Notes under the pieces: generated by a model
Told to the model about the DNA's origin: nothing
Seen by the model: only the letters and a program-made list of their open reading frames with translations
Database searches by the model: none
In this document: one piece after another, positions 7,806 to 17,454 of the stretch
Numbering within the stretch: position 1 is the stretch's first letter
How the letters are laid out: every line of letters begins with the position of its first letter
Position numbers and translations under genes: made by a program
From: a virus
Lineage: Duplodnaviria > Caudoviricetes
Virus record (IMG/VR): IMGVR_UViG_3300047553_000184
Coordinates: 1-30,968 of that record
Length of the DNA: 30,968 bases
Strand: one strand, 5' to 3'

Positions 7806-8390
7806 TTATTGACCATCCCATTGAGCAAGAACCCGCTTCAACTCCTCTAGAACTTTCATCTCTTCGTCTACTTCGCTCACGAAATCAAAGACTCCTTCTA
7901 CTGAGAAACCCTTGAACTCACCTGCTTTGACTTTTGCCCATACATCGTCGTTGTCTATTAAGTAAGACACGAACCACGAACCATCTGCTACGTCTTCGTA
8001 CCCTTTAGGAGGCATCACACCTCTCTCTCTATCTACGATGTAAGACTCAAACAAAGACACACCTTCTTCGATTGGTGTTTTGTGATGAGCGTTTACACTA
8101 TCGTACTTGTTTGACCTTGCCCACTTCTTCGCTATCTTAAAAATAGAATCCTTATCAAATACAACATAGTATTCACCACGAATAGCATCGCGTCGATAGA
8201 TAGGCATATCAGCAACCATAGCAACTCCTGAAACAATTCTTTTTTCTTCATCTTGAATCGCAAACTTTTGAGTGTTGTTAAATGCTTGAAAGTCTCTTTC
8301 GACTGCGGGTGCTTCAACAAGCGATACAAAGTCGATGCCAGTTTCTTCGTCAAACTCGTTGATGTCTAGTCGATAGATTGGTAGATTCAT
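7806..8390 (-). CDS. Prohead protease (XkdF-like)
   Basis: Motifs VSLVEAPA, NAHH, GSWF and KGFSVEG. Start at 8390 or 8396. Confidence 0.8.
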   Translation of the reverse strand: MNLPIYRLDINEFDEETGIDFVSLVEAPAVERDFQAFNNTQKFAIQDEEKRIVSGVAMVADMPIYRRDAIRGEYYVVFDKDSIFKIAKKWARSNKYDSVNAHHKTPIEEGVSLFESYIVDRERGVMPPKGYEDVADGSWFVSYLIDNDDVWAKVKAGEFKGFSVEGVFDFVSEVDEEMKVLEELKRVLAQWDGQ

Positions 8391-8396
8391 ACTCAT

Positions 8397-8423
8397 AAAT
8401 AGCGTTTATTTGACAATAGATAC
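8397..8423 (-). promoter_or_regulatory. Putative phage late promoter (GCTATTT; weak upstream element)
   Basis: AATAAACGCTATTTA is identical to the portal upstream sequence and lies 6 nt before ATG 8390. Confidence 0.5.
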
Positions 8424-10130
8424 TTTTTTGTTGTTTGACACTCGTTGTTGTGTGCGAGTGATGTCACCCTCAAGTACGTAGACGCGTTGTTGTTGAGTGA
8501 GTTGTTCGTTGCCACCTTGTTGCAATAGAGACGAACTTGTTTGAGGTGCGCTCATTTGTGGTACACCACCACCGCTTTGTTGAGTTGCTTGTTGAGAATT
8601 GTACTTTGTTGCTTTCAGTTTTGCTACTTGAGCGAGACCAAAAGCACCTGCGATACCTGCTTGAATAAAAGGGTAAGCGGGGACGACTGCCGTGATTGGT
8701 GATTCTTGCGCAGTCTTGAACGCGTTTTGCACACCCTCAATAGTAGACATGATAGTCGACGCAATCTTCATCGCCTTAGAGAAATTGAATGCTCTCTTTT
8801 GTGACTCTTCGTCTTGACGTGCGAAAGCGTCTGCTAGTTCTGTACTTAAATCAAAGAAACTCTGTGCAAGGTCGATGAGTTCTGCGTTGTTTACTGCAAC
8901 GAACAATTTGAACTTCTCTGCTTCTGTGTATTGACGTTGATAGGTTTGCTCTGCGAGTTTGACTTTTGTCTTTTCGCCAAACTGAACCTCTTTGACTTCT
9001 TTTGCTATACCTTTTTGAACGTCTTTGAGTTGTTTGTCACGAAGTTCTTGACGTTTGTAGTTGTATATGTTCTCAAGGACAAGAAGTGCTTCTTGATTCT
9101 CTACATATTGACGACGAGTATTTGCATACCATTGTTGAAGTGCGAGTAAGTCTTTGTCGTTTTCTTCTGCTTGAAGTACTCTTAATTCTTGATTTAAGGT
9201 ACGAACCTGCTCACGACGCTCTTTCGCTTTTTCGTTTGCTTCTTTTGCTCTATCTGCGTTGTACTTTTTCTCTTCTTCTGCGAGAATAGCAAGAGCATTC
9301 TTTGTGTCTAGTACGATTTTGCCCCATTCTTTCTCTGTATTCTTTCCGTAGTTCTTACGCGCTTGAGCAAGTTCATTCTCTAGTTTTTGACGTTGCTTAT
9401 TGAATGCACCTATTTCGTCTCCTCTTGCTTTTAGAAGTGCAATCTCTCTGTCTAGTTGCTCATTGTTTTTCTCAGTTGCTTTGTTGTATTTCTCCAATGC
9501 TCTCTCACTTGCGCTAGTGATACCTACAAAGTCTGTGAATTGTTGTACGAGACCACCGATGAATGAAGCAAAAGTTGACAAGCCGGGAATCAATCCCATA
9601 ATCGCGTTTTTAATCTTGTCGAAGTTTGCTATGATGAGAGTCAACGCTACACCTAAGACACCAAACGCAAGAGTTGAGATACGCCCTAAAGATTGAAACG
9701 CTTGAATCACACCGCCTTTGATGTTCTTTGCGATAGCGGTGAATTGTTGCTGAATTTTGCCAAGTCCTTCTAGACCATCCGCAAGAGCCATCGCCCCTTG
9801 AAGTTTGACCATTGTCTTTTGTAGGTCTTCGCTCTCGCTACCAAATAGAGCCATCGCACCTTGCGCCGCTTGAAAGCCACGAGCGACACCTTGAACAATC
9901 GTTTGTACTTGTGCGAACTTATCGGGGTTGACTGCTGACACTCGGTCATTGAAGTCTTCCATTCTATCACGAAGCAAAGCCAGTTTCTTTTCTGCTTCTA
10001 CTGCTTCTGGCGAGAACTCACCAAAGGTGCGAACTGCTTCTTGTGCTTCGATTGTTGCTTGACGAATCTCGCCTTTGAACCCTTTAAGATTCGATTTGAC
10101 TTCGAGTTCTACCGTTGATTTAATAGCCAT
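8406..10130 (-). CDS. Tape measure protein
   Basis: 574 aa, Ala/Gln-rich and helical, with hydrophobic segments and a coiled coil. C-terminal RVYVLEGDIT motif. Confidence 0.8.
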   Translation of the reverse strand: MAIKSTVELEVKSNLKGFKGEIRQATIEAQEAVRTFGEFSPEAVEAEKKLALLRDRMEDFNDRVSAVNPDKFAQVQTIVQGVARGFQAAQGAMALFGSESEDLQKTMVKLQGAMALADGLEGLGKIQQQFTAIAKNIKGGVIQAFQSLGRISTLAFGVLGVALTLIIANFDKIKNAIMGLIPGLSTFASFIGGLVQQFTDFVGITSASERALEKYNKATEKNNEQLDREIALLKARGDEIGAFNKQRQKLENELAQARKNYGKNTEKEWGKIVLDTKNALAILAEEEKKYNADRAKEANEKAKERREQVRTLNQELRVLQAEENDKDLLALQQWYANTRRQYVENQEALLVLENIYNYKRQELRDKQLKDVQKGIAKEVKEVQFGEKTKVKLAEQTYQRQYTEAEKFKLFVAVNNAELIDLAQSFFDLSTELADAFARQDEESQKRAFNFSKAMKIASTIMSTIEGVQNAFKTAQESPITAVVPAYPFIQAGIAGAFGLAQVAKLKATKYNSQQATQQSGGGVPQMSAPQTSSSLLQQGGNEQLTQQQRVYVLEGDITRTQQRVSNNKKVSIVK

Positions 10131-10133
10131 ATT

Positions 10134-12980
10134 TTATCCGTTACCTATTACATAAAAATTTGAACCATCGCAAACTATCCACTTCTTCTCGTAGTGGTTT
10201 GTGATTGATTCGTCTGTACTTCCATTGATGAGCGCGGTTGTTGCCGTGTCGATTGTGATTTGATGATTCGATGAGAGTTTCAAGAATACCCAATGTTTAC
10301 CGATTAAACCTGTTGGGTCTGGGAGAGTGACGGTGAAACCTGCTATACTTGAGTCGCAAAGAATCAACCAATCGTTTTTGGTTACGTTGTAGTTTGTTGT
10401 CTCTGTGCGAACTGCACCACCACTCAAGAAATTAGGGTACATCTCGTAGTTCCCTACATACAAAGTGTTTGGTTTAGTGATAGCAAAGTCATCACAAACA
10501 ACCGCCATAGAATTATCTGCACCCTCTAAGAAAGAAGTGTTGACACTCGCAAACGCACTAGAGTTGTCATTGTTTGACGATTGTACAATGTCGTCTCCTA
10601 CAAATACGCCACTACCGCCGTTTGTTGTACCTACTGAGACTCCCTTGATTCCCGGCTTAAATGGGATATTTCCACCGGGGTAGATATCGCCATAAGTCTC
10701 GCCTTGTTGCCCTTGTCCTGTACCTGCACCGATTGTCTTTTGTGTGATTGTAGCAGGTTGTATGAATTGAGCGAGTAAGAACTCACACAAATAGACTGAG
10801 TCACCATTCGGGTCGTAGTCTTCTATCTTATTCAAACGCCAGTATTGACCCTCGAAGAAGTAAGCATCGCTAAAAGACAAGTTCAAATAGTCTTTCGTAG
10901 TAATGCGAAAATACCCTCTTAGAATCTTTGAGTTCTTCGACGTGATTTCAGTCAAGAAACGATAGTAGTATGTATTGACAAGATTCGCGTTTGTGTACTT
11001 ATATCCTGCACCTAGACCAATCTCTCGAGGCATACCGAAATTGATGTCGAAAGTAGGGTTCGAGATAGAGTCAAGATGTGTAGTGATTGGAATAGAGAAA
11101 CGATTTGAGCGATTGAGTCCTACACCTGCGTATTGAGCGTAGAGCATCCAGTTGACACCACTCACCAAACCGCTATAATACATCACACGTAAGTCACCAT
11201 CTTGAGCGTTTGGTACATACGACAAGACGAAGTTCTTTTGATTGTTGTAAGAGCGTATTTGCGTAGGCGAGAAAACGACCTCAATCTTCTTCTCTTCTTT
11301 TACGAATTGATTCTCGACTTGATATGTACGAGAGCCGTACGTCGTTTGATAAGACTCTTGATACAAGACGTTTGCATCGTCTTTGCCCTCTTTGTATTGA
11401 AACTTGTATGGGTTTGCTTCTAGTTCTCCCATAGGTACAATCTCGACGCTTTGATAATAGTCTAGTTTTTGTGTCCAATCTACCTGCGCACCATTATAGA
11501 AGTCGTCACGAGGTACGATTCTCAACTCTTTAGGGTTGTCTCTATCCGCTTCAATATACAAATTGAACATCTTGACAAACGAGAGTAACAACTCGCTTTG
11601 TTTTACTTCGCTATTCAAGAAGACTGAGAAGTCGACGGTCTCACCATAGCCATAAGTATAAGCCGTCAAATTGTTCTCGATGTTAGAACCTATTCCAATG
11701 TCTACTTGGAATTGACTATTTGTGAGATTGTATTGATTTGCTTCATCCCATACTTGAACAAGTTTGATTTCTACTACATCGCCATTGAGCAACGTACTAG
11801 GTGCAAAATACAAGTCTATGTTGAAAGCAGGTGAGCCAAAATCTACCGTCACGGTTGACGTAGTCTTTTTGATTCCGTTTACGTACAACCCAAAGACTAG
11901 CCAGATGTCCTCTTGATAAACGGGCATATATCCCGTAGAGTTGTAGTTGACATCTAAAGAAACATCAAAGACGTAGTTTCCCCCAACAGGTGCAGTGTAT
12001 TGTCCTGTCGATGTATTGTAGTTACCTCCGTTGTCATAGTTCCCACTCGTTGAGTCGTTTTGAAAAATGATAGTCGACAACAAGTCTAGTGACTGAGTGG
12101 TTGTGATACGAGACGCTCTGAATCGACGTGCTTCGAGAGCAGTAGCATCTACCGTCAAAGACGATGACGGTGGTATCACTAAGTGTTTGAATCTTTCGCT
12201 ATTGAAGAAAGAGTCATTCGTGTAAGTGTACGACGCGTTTGAGAACATCTTGTCAACGATGGTCTTTGCGTACAAGCAAGGTGTGAACTCGTTAGTCTCC
12301 CATAGAGAGATATTGCGAGGGTGACCCTTGTCAATCATTGCGTACATATAGCCATCGCCATAAGCAAACGCTTGAGTTGAGCCGTTTTTGTAGATTTGAG
12401 TTGCCCACGAATCAATGACATTCCCACTAGAGAGGGTGTGATTGTACTCGCTAAAGTCGAGAGCATTGAGTTTGCGTTCACTTAGTGTGGTGAACAAGTC
12501 CGCAGTTTGCCCGTGAAGAGTTACTTCGTACACGATGTGTGTAGAGTCGTCAACACGAATAGACAATAGACGCAAGAACCCTCTCAACTGCTCTATCCCG
12601 TCACTATATAAGATGACATCTGCTTTGAGATTGGGGTTGTAATCATACGCAAATTGAACATTCGATTGTATCGTTTGCTCTACTTCAAACAAGTGAGAGA
12701 AAATAATGTTGTTTGTCTTTGAGCCGGGAAGTTCAATAGTCTTACTCCATTCGCTTGAGCGAGATTGCGGTTCTCTTATATCTGCGATTGAGCGCGTTAT
12801 GAGTGTACTTATGTTGTTGTAAGTGTCGAGTTTTCGTTGTACCCAAGAACCACCTAGAGCGATTTCTTTTGAGATACGACAAGACTCGCCTTCTTCAACG
12901 CCACTCAAGATACGACTCTCGTAGTTTGCTTCGATTGTCTCAAGCAACGACGCAGGAATCGACACATAAATTTCTATCAT
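10134..12980 (-). CDS. Tail tip/hub protein
   Basis: 948 aa in the tail module. N-terminal SIADIREP...SKTIELPG, and a C-terminal beta domain (FTVTLP...DGSNFYVI) typical of tail proteins. Confidence 0.7.
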   Translation of the reverse strand: MIEIYVSIPASLLETIEANYESRILSGVEEGESCRISKEIALGGSWVQRKLDTYNNISTLITRSIADIREPQSRSSEWSKTIELPGSKTNNIIFSHLFEVEQTIQSNVQFAYDYNPNLKADVILYSDGIEQLRGFLRLLSIRVDDSTHIVYEVTLHGQTADLFTTLSERKLNALDFSEYNHTLSSGNVIDSWATQIYKNGSTQAFAYGDGYMYAMIDKGHPRNISLWETNEFTPCLYAKTIVDKMFSNASYTYTNDSFFNSERFKHLVIPPSSSLTVDATALEARRFRASRITTTQSLDLLSTIIFQNDSTSGNYDNGGNYNTSTGQYTAPVGGNYVFDVSLDVNYNSTGYMPVYQEDIWLVFGLYVNGIKKTTSTVTVDFGSPAFNIDLYFAPSTLLNGDVVEIKLVQVWDEANQYNLTNSQFQVDIGIGSNIENNLTAYTYGYGETVDFSVFLNSEVKQSELLLSFVKMFNLYIEADRDNPKELRIVPRDDFYNGAQVDWTQKLDYYQSVEIVPMGELEANPYKFQYKEGKDDANVLYQESYQTTYGSRTYQVENQFVKEEKKIEVVFSPTQIRSYNNQKNFVLSYVPNAQDGDLRVMYYSGLVSGVNWMLYAQYAGVGLNRSNRFSIPITTHLDSISNPTFDINFGMPREIGLGAGYKYTNANLVNTYYYRFLTEITSKNSKILRGYFRITTKDYLNLSFSDAYFFEGQYWRLNKIEDYDPNGDSVYLCEFLLAQFIQPATITQKTIGAGTGQGQQGETYGDIYPGGNIPFKPGIKGVSVGTTNGGSGVFVGDDIVQSSNNDNSSAFASVNTSFLEGADNSMAVVCDDFAITKPNTLYVGNYEMYPNFLSGGAVRTETTNYNVTKNDWLILCDSSIAGFTVTLPDPTGLIGKHWVFLKLSSNHQITIDTATTALINGSTDESITNHYEKKWIVCDGSNFYVIGNG

Positions 12981-14107
12981 TGTCTTTGTCTCTTACTATC
13001 AAACGAATATACAACGTCTATTTCTAGATTGAAGACTTTATCTTGTACGTGCTTCTTGACTTCGTAGTTTGAAGTCTCGATGTTGACTGCTACGAGTGTA
13101 GTGCCGTCGTACATATACACGACAGGCGAATCAATCAAGTCTTTCAACCATTCGCTTTGTGCTTCTGTAATCCAGTTTGAGAACAATTTGACCCTATGAG
13201 TTGAAATTGTGTCGTAATTTCTTGACTTAAAAGATGAAGTTTGATACGCGTATGTAGCACCTAGTGTGTAGGGATTTGCTTTGTACGTCTTGCGTTGAGT
13301 GTCGTATGTGTCTCGTCGCACCTTGTTGAATCGGAAAGAATCAAAGCCACCTAGAGAGTTCAAGAAGAACAAGTCTGTTGTCTCGTACTTTGAACACTCA
13401 TCTACTAACGTCACACGATACGTCTCGCTTAGTGTTGTACCTCCGTTCTTAAGTACAATGTCGTAGTATGTAGCACCGCTTGGGATTGTCAACTGAGACC
13501 CGCTAGGAATGCGTACAATCGTTGACGTAGGTAGACTCAAGGTTTGTGTACTTGCGTCGCTATACGTCACGACTGCGCTTGTAGCGGTATTTCTAATTGC
13601 GTACAAGAAGTCTTTTTGTGTGCGTTGTATAATCTTTGAGCGAATGGGTGTCAAGAATTTGCCGTCACCATCCATCGTGTATTGACCATTGTAATTTACT
13701 AAGTCAATAGCGTTAAGTGATGCGTTCCATACATTGCCAGTTGCACTCGTCAAGTTTGTGTACTCTACGACGCTACCTGTTGCACTTGCGCTATACTCAT
13801 ACCCGAACTCTACCTTGTACGACATTGCACTATTTGTGCAACCACTAGCGAGAGTGTCGTTGATATTGAAGTCGTATGTGACGTAGTTCTCTAAAATGCG
13901 AGAGATATTGAAGACACCTTTGTTAGTTGAGCCGTAGTAGATAGGTGCTTTGAGTTTTGCAAGAGTCGTAGTGTTTTGCTTTACTTCACAAATGAACTTG
14001 AAATTGTCTTTTGTGTAGATTGCACCGCTTGACTCTGTGATTACGAAGTTCGTATCATTGTAAGCAGGTGCGTTCGCGTTTGGTTGTTGTGTGATTGAGA
14101 GTGCCAC
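12977..14107 (-). CDS. Tail/baseplate structural protein (distal-tail-like)
   Basis: 376 aa, GTG start, FLNSLGGFDSFRF motif, coupled to the hub gene. Confidence 0.65.
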   Translation of the reverse strand: MALSITQQPNANAPAYNDTNFVITESSGAIYTKDNFKFICEVKQNTTTLAKLKAPIYYGSTNKGVFNISRILENYVTYDFNINDTLASGCTNSAMSYKVEFGYEYSASATGSVVEYTNLTSATGNVWNASLNAIDLVNYNGQYTMDGDGKFLTPIRSKIIQRTQKDFLYAIRNTATSAVVTYSDASTQTLSLPTSTIVRIPSGSQLTIPSGATYYDIVLKNGGTTLSETYRVTLVDECSKYETTDLFFLNSLGGFDSFRFNKVRRDTYDTQRKTYKANPYTLGATYAYQTSSFKSRNYDTISTHRVKLFSNWITEAQSEWLKDLIDSPVVYMYDGTTLVAVNIETSNYEVKKHVQDKVFNLEIDVVYSFDSKRQRQ

Positions 14108-14113
14108 GTATTA

Positions 14114-14141
14114 AAATAGCATCGCAACACTCTCGTCTCAA
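14114..14141 (-). promoter_or_regulatory. Putative phage late promoter (TTGAGAC-N14-GCTATTT)
   Basis: Intergenic, 6 nt before GTG 14107. Confidence 0.6.
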
Positions 14142-14149
14142 AATGATTA

Positions 14150-14446
14150 TCACAACATCTCGTTAAGAACTGCGATGACGTAAGGTTGAAAACCCTTGTT
14201 TGCGCTTTGCTCTAGTCGTTTGTTACGCTCTTGCGTTTGTGCTTTGTAGTATGCTATGGCATTGAAGAACTCAATCAATGGCATCTCTAGGAAGAACTCC
14301 CATTTTGTTCTGTCACGATTAGCCATCTTATCGACAAGTTCAAGCCACGAAAAAGGACTTACCTCTACTTTGTCAAGTTGCTCATCTCCTGCTTCAAATA
14401 ATCGAGGGTAGCGGTCAACAACTGCGGATAGAGTGCCAAGAAAAAA
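14150..14446 (-). CDS. -1 frameshift extension of tail assembly chaperone (gpGT-like)
   Basis: The open frame overlaps the chaperone 3' end, is entered at a T TTT TTC heptamer, and has no convincing start of its own. Confidence 0.7.
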   Translation of the reverse strand, partial: FFLGTLSAVVDRYPRLFEAGDEQLDKVEVSPFSWLELVDKMANRDRTKWEFFLEMPLIEFFNAIAYYKAQTQERNKRLEQSANKGFQPYVIAVLNEML

Positions 14447-14913
14447 GACGCGTATGAATAAGCAAACGAACAACTCAAAGTCTTGAACGACTCGCATCGT
14501 TCCTCAAAGTTGGTCGCTACTTGACCTTTTGGGATTTTCACACGATAGCCAAAGATGTCTACTTCATACGAGAGCATCGCCAGAATCTTGTGTAGGTTCT
14601 CAATGATATCGTCTGCTTTGATTTGTTGTAAAGCGATGAAGTGATGACCTTGCATCTCTTGAGCGTTTGTGATAAGGCGATAGCGTTTCTTCATATGCTT
14701 GAAAGCGAACATCGGCTTGTCTTGTGGTAACTCATTCAAGAAATTCAACTTCTCTACTTCTTCGAGAATCTTCTTGAGAGACATCTCTTCGACTTCGTCT
14801 ATGTCTAAGCGATTGACGATAGCGATTTGATGTATACGACGCTCGACTCCTTCAAAGTGATTTATAGAAGCGAGTTCTTGTAGTTGTTCGATTGTTATGT
14901 TTTTCCAATTCAT
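14365..14913 (-). CDS. Tail assembly chaperone (gpG-like)
   Basis: 182 aa with a slippery site near the 3' end and an overlapping -1 frame ORF. Confidence 0.7.
   Translation of the reverse strand: MNWKNITIEQLQELASINHFEGVERRIHQIAIVNRLDIDEVEEMSLKKILEEVEKLNFLNELPQDKPMFAFKHMKKRYRLITNAQEMQGHHFIALQQIKADDIIENLHKILAMLSYEVDIFGYRVKIPKGQVATNFEERCESFKTLSCSFAYSYASFFLALYPQLLTATLDYLKQEMSNLTK
14440..14446 (-). other. Programmed -1 ribosomal frameshift site T TTT TTC
   Basis: X XXY YYZ heptamer in the correct phase (TCT TTT TTC). A -1 shift gives FFLGTLSAVVDRYP of the downstream ORF. Confidence 0.7.
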
Positions 14914-16101
14914 TTATGCAAAGTAAAATAATCCCGGTCTATTTTTTGACTTACAATCTAAAGCGAGAGCAAGTGAGCAAACGCAATCGTCGTGTAGTCC
15001 ACTAGGTGCGCTATATCTCACACCTGTACGAGTGTACTCATACTCGAAAGACTCCATCTCATATCCGATAGGGTCTTCGGGAAAGCGTATCTCGTTGCGT
15101 TGTACTGCAAGAACTAGACCTTCGATGAGTTGCTGCTTCGATTGCGATGTGAACTTGAAACCTTGCGCACGAGAACACGCTCTTTGAATCTGTTCTACGA
15201 CAGGGTCTCCTACGCCAGTAGAGTCGATGTAAGCAGGTGTGTTCTGTACGAGTTGAATGATGCGTTGTTGAGTTTGCCCCCAATCGCTTTGAAAGCGTTC
15301 GCAATATGATACGCAATTATTCGCATCGATACCAATTATCACCGTGTAGTCGGTGTACTTTGCTAAGTCAATTCCATACGCTACGACTTGAGAGTTTGTA
15401 GTAGGTTGGTAACAAGCACGAATCGAGTCAATACCAAATGGGTTTGATTTATCGTCTGCGGGTTCTGCTAGATACAACTCATCGAACACGTGTTTCGGTA
15501 AGTCTCTCTTTGCTTGTTCTACTTCATCGAGTTGAAGTATGCCTTCATTGACTGCGTCGTATGCCGTAATCTTGAAGTACTCGTAGTCTTTCTCTCCTTG
15601 CTTTGCGCGTTCACCTAGTTTGTAGAACCAATTCTTTTTCCCTTTGACGTTTCCGATAAGTTTGCATTTGCCTTGTGTAGCCGTAAGAGTAGAACGAAGA
15701 GCGAACCAAGACTCTTCTCTCGCTCGTGATGCTTCGTCAAAGACACAAGCATAGACATCGTCACCGTATAGGTTGTCTGGCTTCTCGGCGCTCTTGAACT
15801 CTATTCTCGCACCTGTTGGAAGAGTCAACAACAACTTCGACTCATTCGTGATAAAGAAGTTCTTGTCGCTCACCTGCGTCTTCATACGACGATACGCAAT
15901 TTCTGCTTGTTGGTACACAGGTGCAACCCACCACACACTTTGACCATCTCGCAACTTGAGTGCTTGTTCGAAGAGCCAAATGATGTGTGATGCGGTCTTA
16001 CCTGTTTTAGTACTCGCCGCCGTGATTGTATACCTCGCTTGTGAGTCGAGTATGTTCTTTTGGTAAGAAGTCAATCTAGGGCGAATGTACTCTATTTGCA
16101 T
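14914..16101 (-). CDS. terL: Terminase large subunit
   Basis: YQ adenine-binding motif, Walker A (STKTGKT), Walker B (CVFDEA), nuclease motifs GIDLA, IDSTGVG and HDDCV. Confidence 0.93.
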   Translation of the reverse strand: MQIEYIRPRLTSYQKNILDSQARYTITAASTKTGKTASHIIWLFEQALKLRDGQSVWWVAPVYQQAEIAYRRMKTQVSDKNFFITNESKLLLTLPTGARIEFKSAEKPDNLYGDDVYACVFDEASRAREESWFALRSTLTATQGKCKLIGNVKGKKNWFYKLGERAKQGEKDYEYFKITAYDAVNEGILQLDEVEQAKRDLPKHVFDELYLAEPADDKSNPFGIDSIRACYQPTTNSQVVAYGIDLAKYTDYTVIIGIDANNCVSYCERFQSDWGQTQQRIIQLVQNTPAYIDSTGVGDPVVEQIQRACSRAQGFKFTSQSKQQLIEGLVLAVQRNEIRFPEDPIGYEMESFEYEYTRTGVRYSAPSGLHDDCVCSLALALDCKSKNRPGLFYFA

Positions 16102-17087
16102 ATGCTCTCGTAGAACTTAATTCGTTCGATATTCCACAACTTGATATCGTGAAACTTCTTGCAATAAGTAGCGTTTGAAGAACCTAAGTGCGAAGCGTTG
16201 CTCATCGCTTGTTTGATTGAGTCGTACCACTCGTCATTCTTTGCGAAGATGACACCACCATTGTCGATGTGGTTCAAGTATGGCTCACAAGCACTCACAA
16301 CGATAGGCAAGTCATATGCACTCGCTTCGAGAATCTTCAACTCACTCTTGCATGAATTGAACTTTGTTGATTGAAGAGGTGCGATTGCTACGTCGAAGTG
16401 TTTATAGACTTCACCGTAAGCGTTTGCGCTAGTGCCTCGTACGACGTGAAACCAATCACCTTTAAACATTGAGCAAATCGAATCCCAGATATCGCTTGGA
16501 GTATACCCACACAAGTAGAAGTCGATGAGACCTTCTTCACCTAGACGAGTGATGTCGTCGACGATGAGTTTCAAATCTTCGTGATGTGTGATACCACCAA
16601 CCCAACCGACTTTGAATTTCTCATTTGCTAGTCGTGAGTGTTTCCATTGTTCGTGTTCGTAGTCTAAGCAATTAGGCAGAACGATTGCGTTCTTGTTGTA
16701 CTGCTTGACTTGGTCGAGTAGTTGTGGCGTTGTGCAGGTCACACCATCTGCGTAGTGAAGAGCGTCTTTGATTGCGTTCTTGATTCCGTGACGATACGCC
16801 CAATAAGCGGGGTTGAATTTAGGCAACACCCAGTAGTCGTCAACGTCTACAACATACGGAGTCTTCGATTGAGCAATCTTCTTCAAGATGTCGTAGTGAT
16901 GCTTTCCTAGCCAACGATTAAAGACTACAAGGTCGTAGTTCTTAAAGTCGACTAGATTCATCATTGTATCGCTATCTTGAGCAATATCTATTGTAGCGTA
17001 GTCGTCGAGTTGTAGACGCATCAAAGGCGTATAAATTCGATGGTAGACTACGCCATTCATTCCGTCTGCTAGTGCTAGTATTCTCAT
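16092..17087 (-). CDS. GT-B fold glycosyltransferase
   Basis: 331 aa. Motifs VDVDDYW, PN, VGWVGGITH, and DVAIAPL...KSELKILEASAYDLPIVVS. Confidence 0.85.
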   Translation of the reverse strand: MRILALADGMNGVVYHRIYTPLMRLQLDDYATIDIAQDSDTMMNLVDFKNYDLVVFNRWLGKHHYDILKKIAQSKTPYVVDVDDYWVLPKFNPAYWAYRHGIKNAIKDALHYADGVTCTTPQLLDQVKQYNKNAIVLPNCLDYEHEQWKHSRLANEKFKVGWVGGITHHEDLKLIVDDITRLGEEGLIDFYLCGYTPSDIWDSICSMFKGDWFHVVRGTSANAYGEVYKHFDVAIAPLQSTKFNSCKSELKILEASAYDLPIVVSACEPYLNHIDNGGVIFAKNDEWYDSIKQAMSNASHLGSSNATYCKKFHDIKLWNIERIKFYESICK

Positions 17088-17272
17088 AGTTTCTCAATTT
17101 CTTGTTTTACTTCGTGAAGATAATCGTATATCTTATGGTCAGCGAGAAAATAAGCAACCTTAAGCATCTCATCAACTGCAATCAAGGCACAAGCGATGCC
17201 TTCGTTTCTTTGTTGCAAACCTACGACGCTAAACTTGTCGACTAGTTCTATGGCTTTCTCTTTTGGTGTCAT
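17084..17272 (-). CDS. Hypothetical protein (MTPKEKA-type)
   Basis: 62 aa, overlap-coupled on both sides. Confidence 0.7.
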   Translation of the reverse strand: MTPKEKAIELVDKFSVVGLQQRNEGIACALIAVDEMLKVAYFLADHKIYDYLHEVKQEIEKL

Positions 17273-17454
17273 TCGTTTGGTGCGATTGGTATGGGCATCC
17301 AGTACTCTACTTGAATAAGTCGATTCGTGTGTTCATCGACCCACATATCGTCAAGGTATCTAGCGAGTGCTACTTCGCCTTGATACGTCTTCACGAGTTT
17401 TATCTCGTCGTCTTGCGGTGGCAAAACATCACTACCTCTCCACGTCTTCTTCAT
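17269..17454 (-). CDS. Hypothetical protein (DUF551-like WMPIP end)
   Basis: 61 aa with a W...LP...YWMPIP pattern, overlap-coupled. Confidence 0.65.
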   Translation of the reverse strand: MKKTWRGSDVLPPQDDEIKLVKTYQGEVALARYLDDMWVDEHTNRLIQVEYWMPIPIAPNE

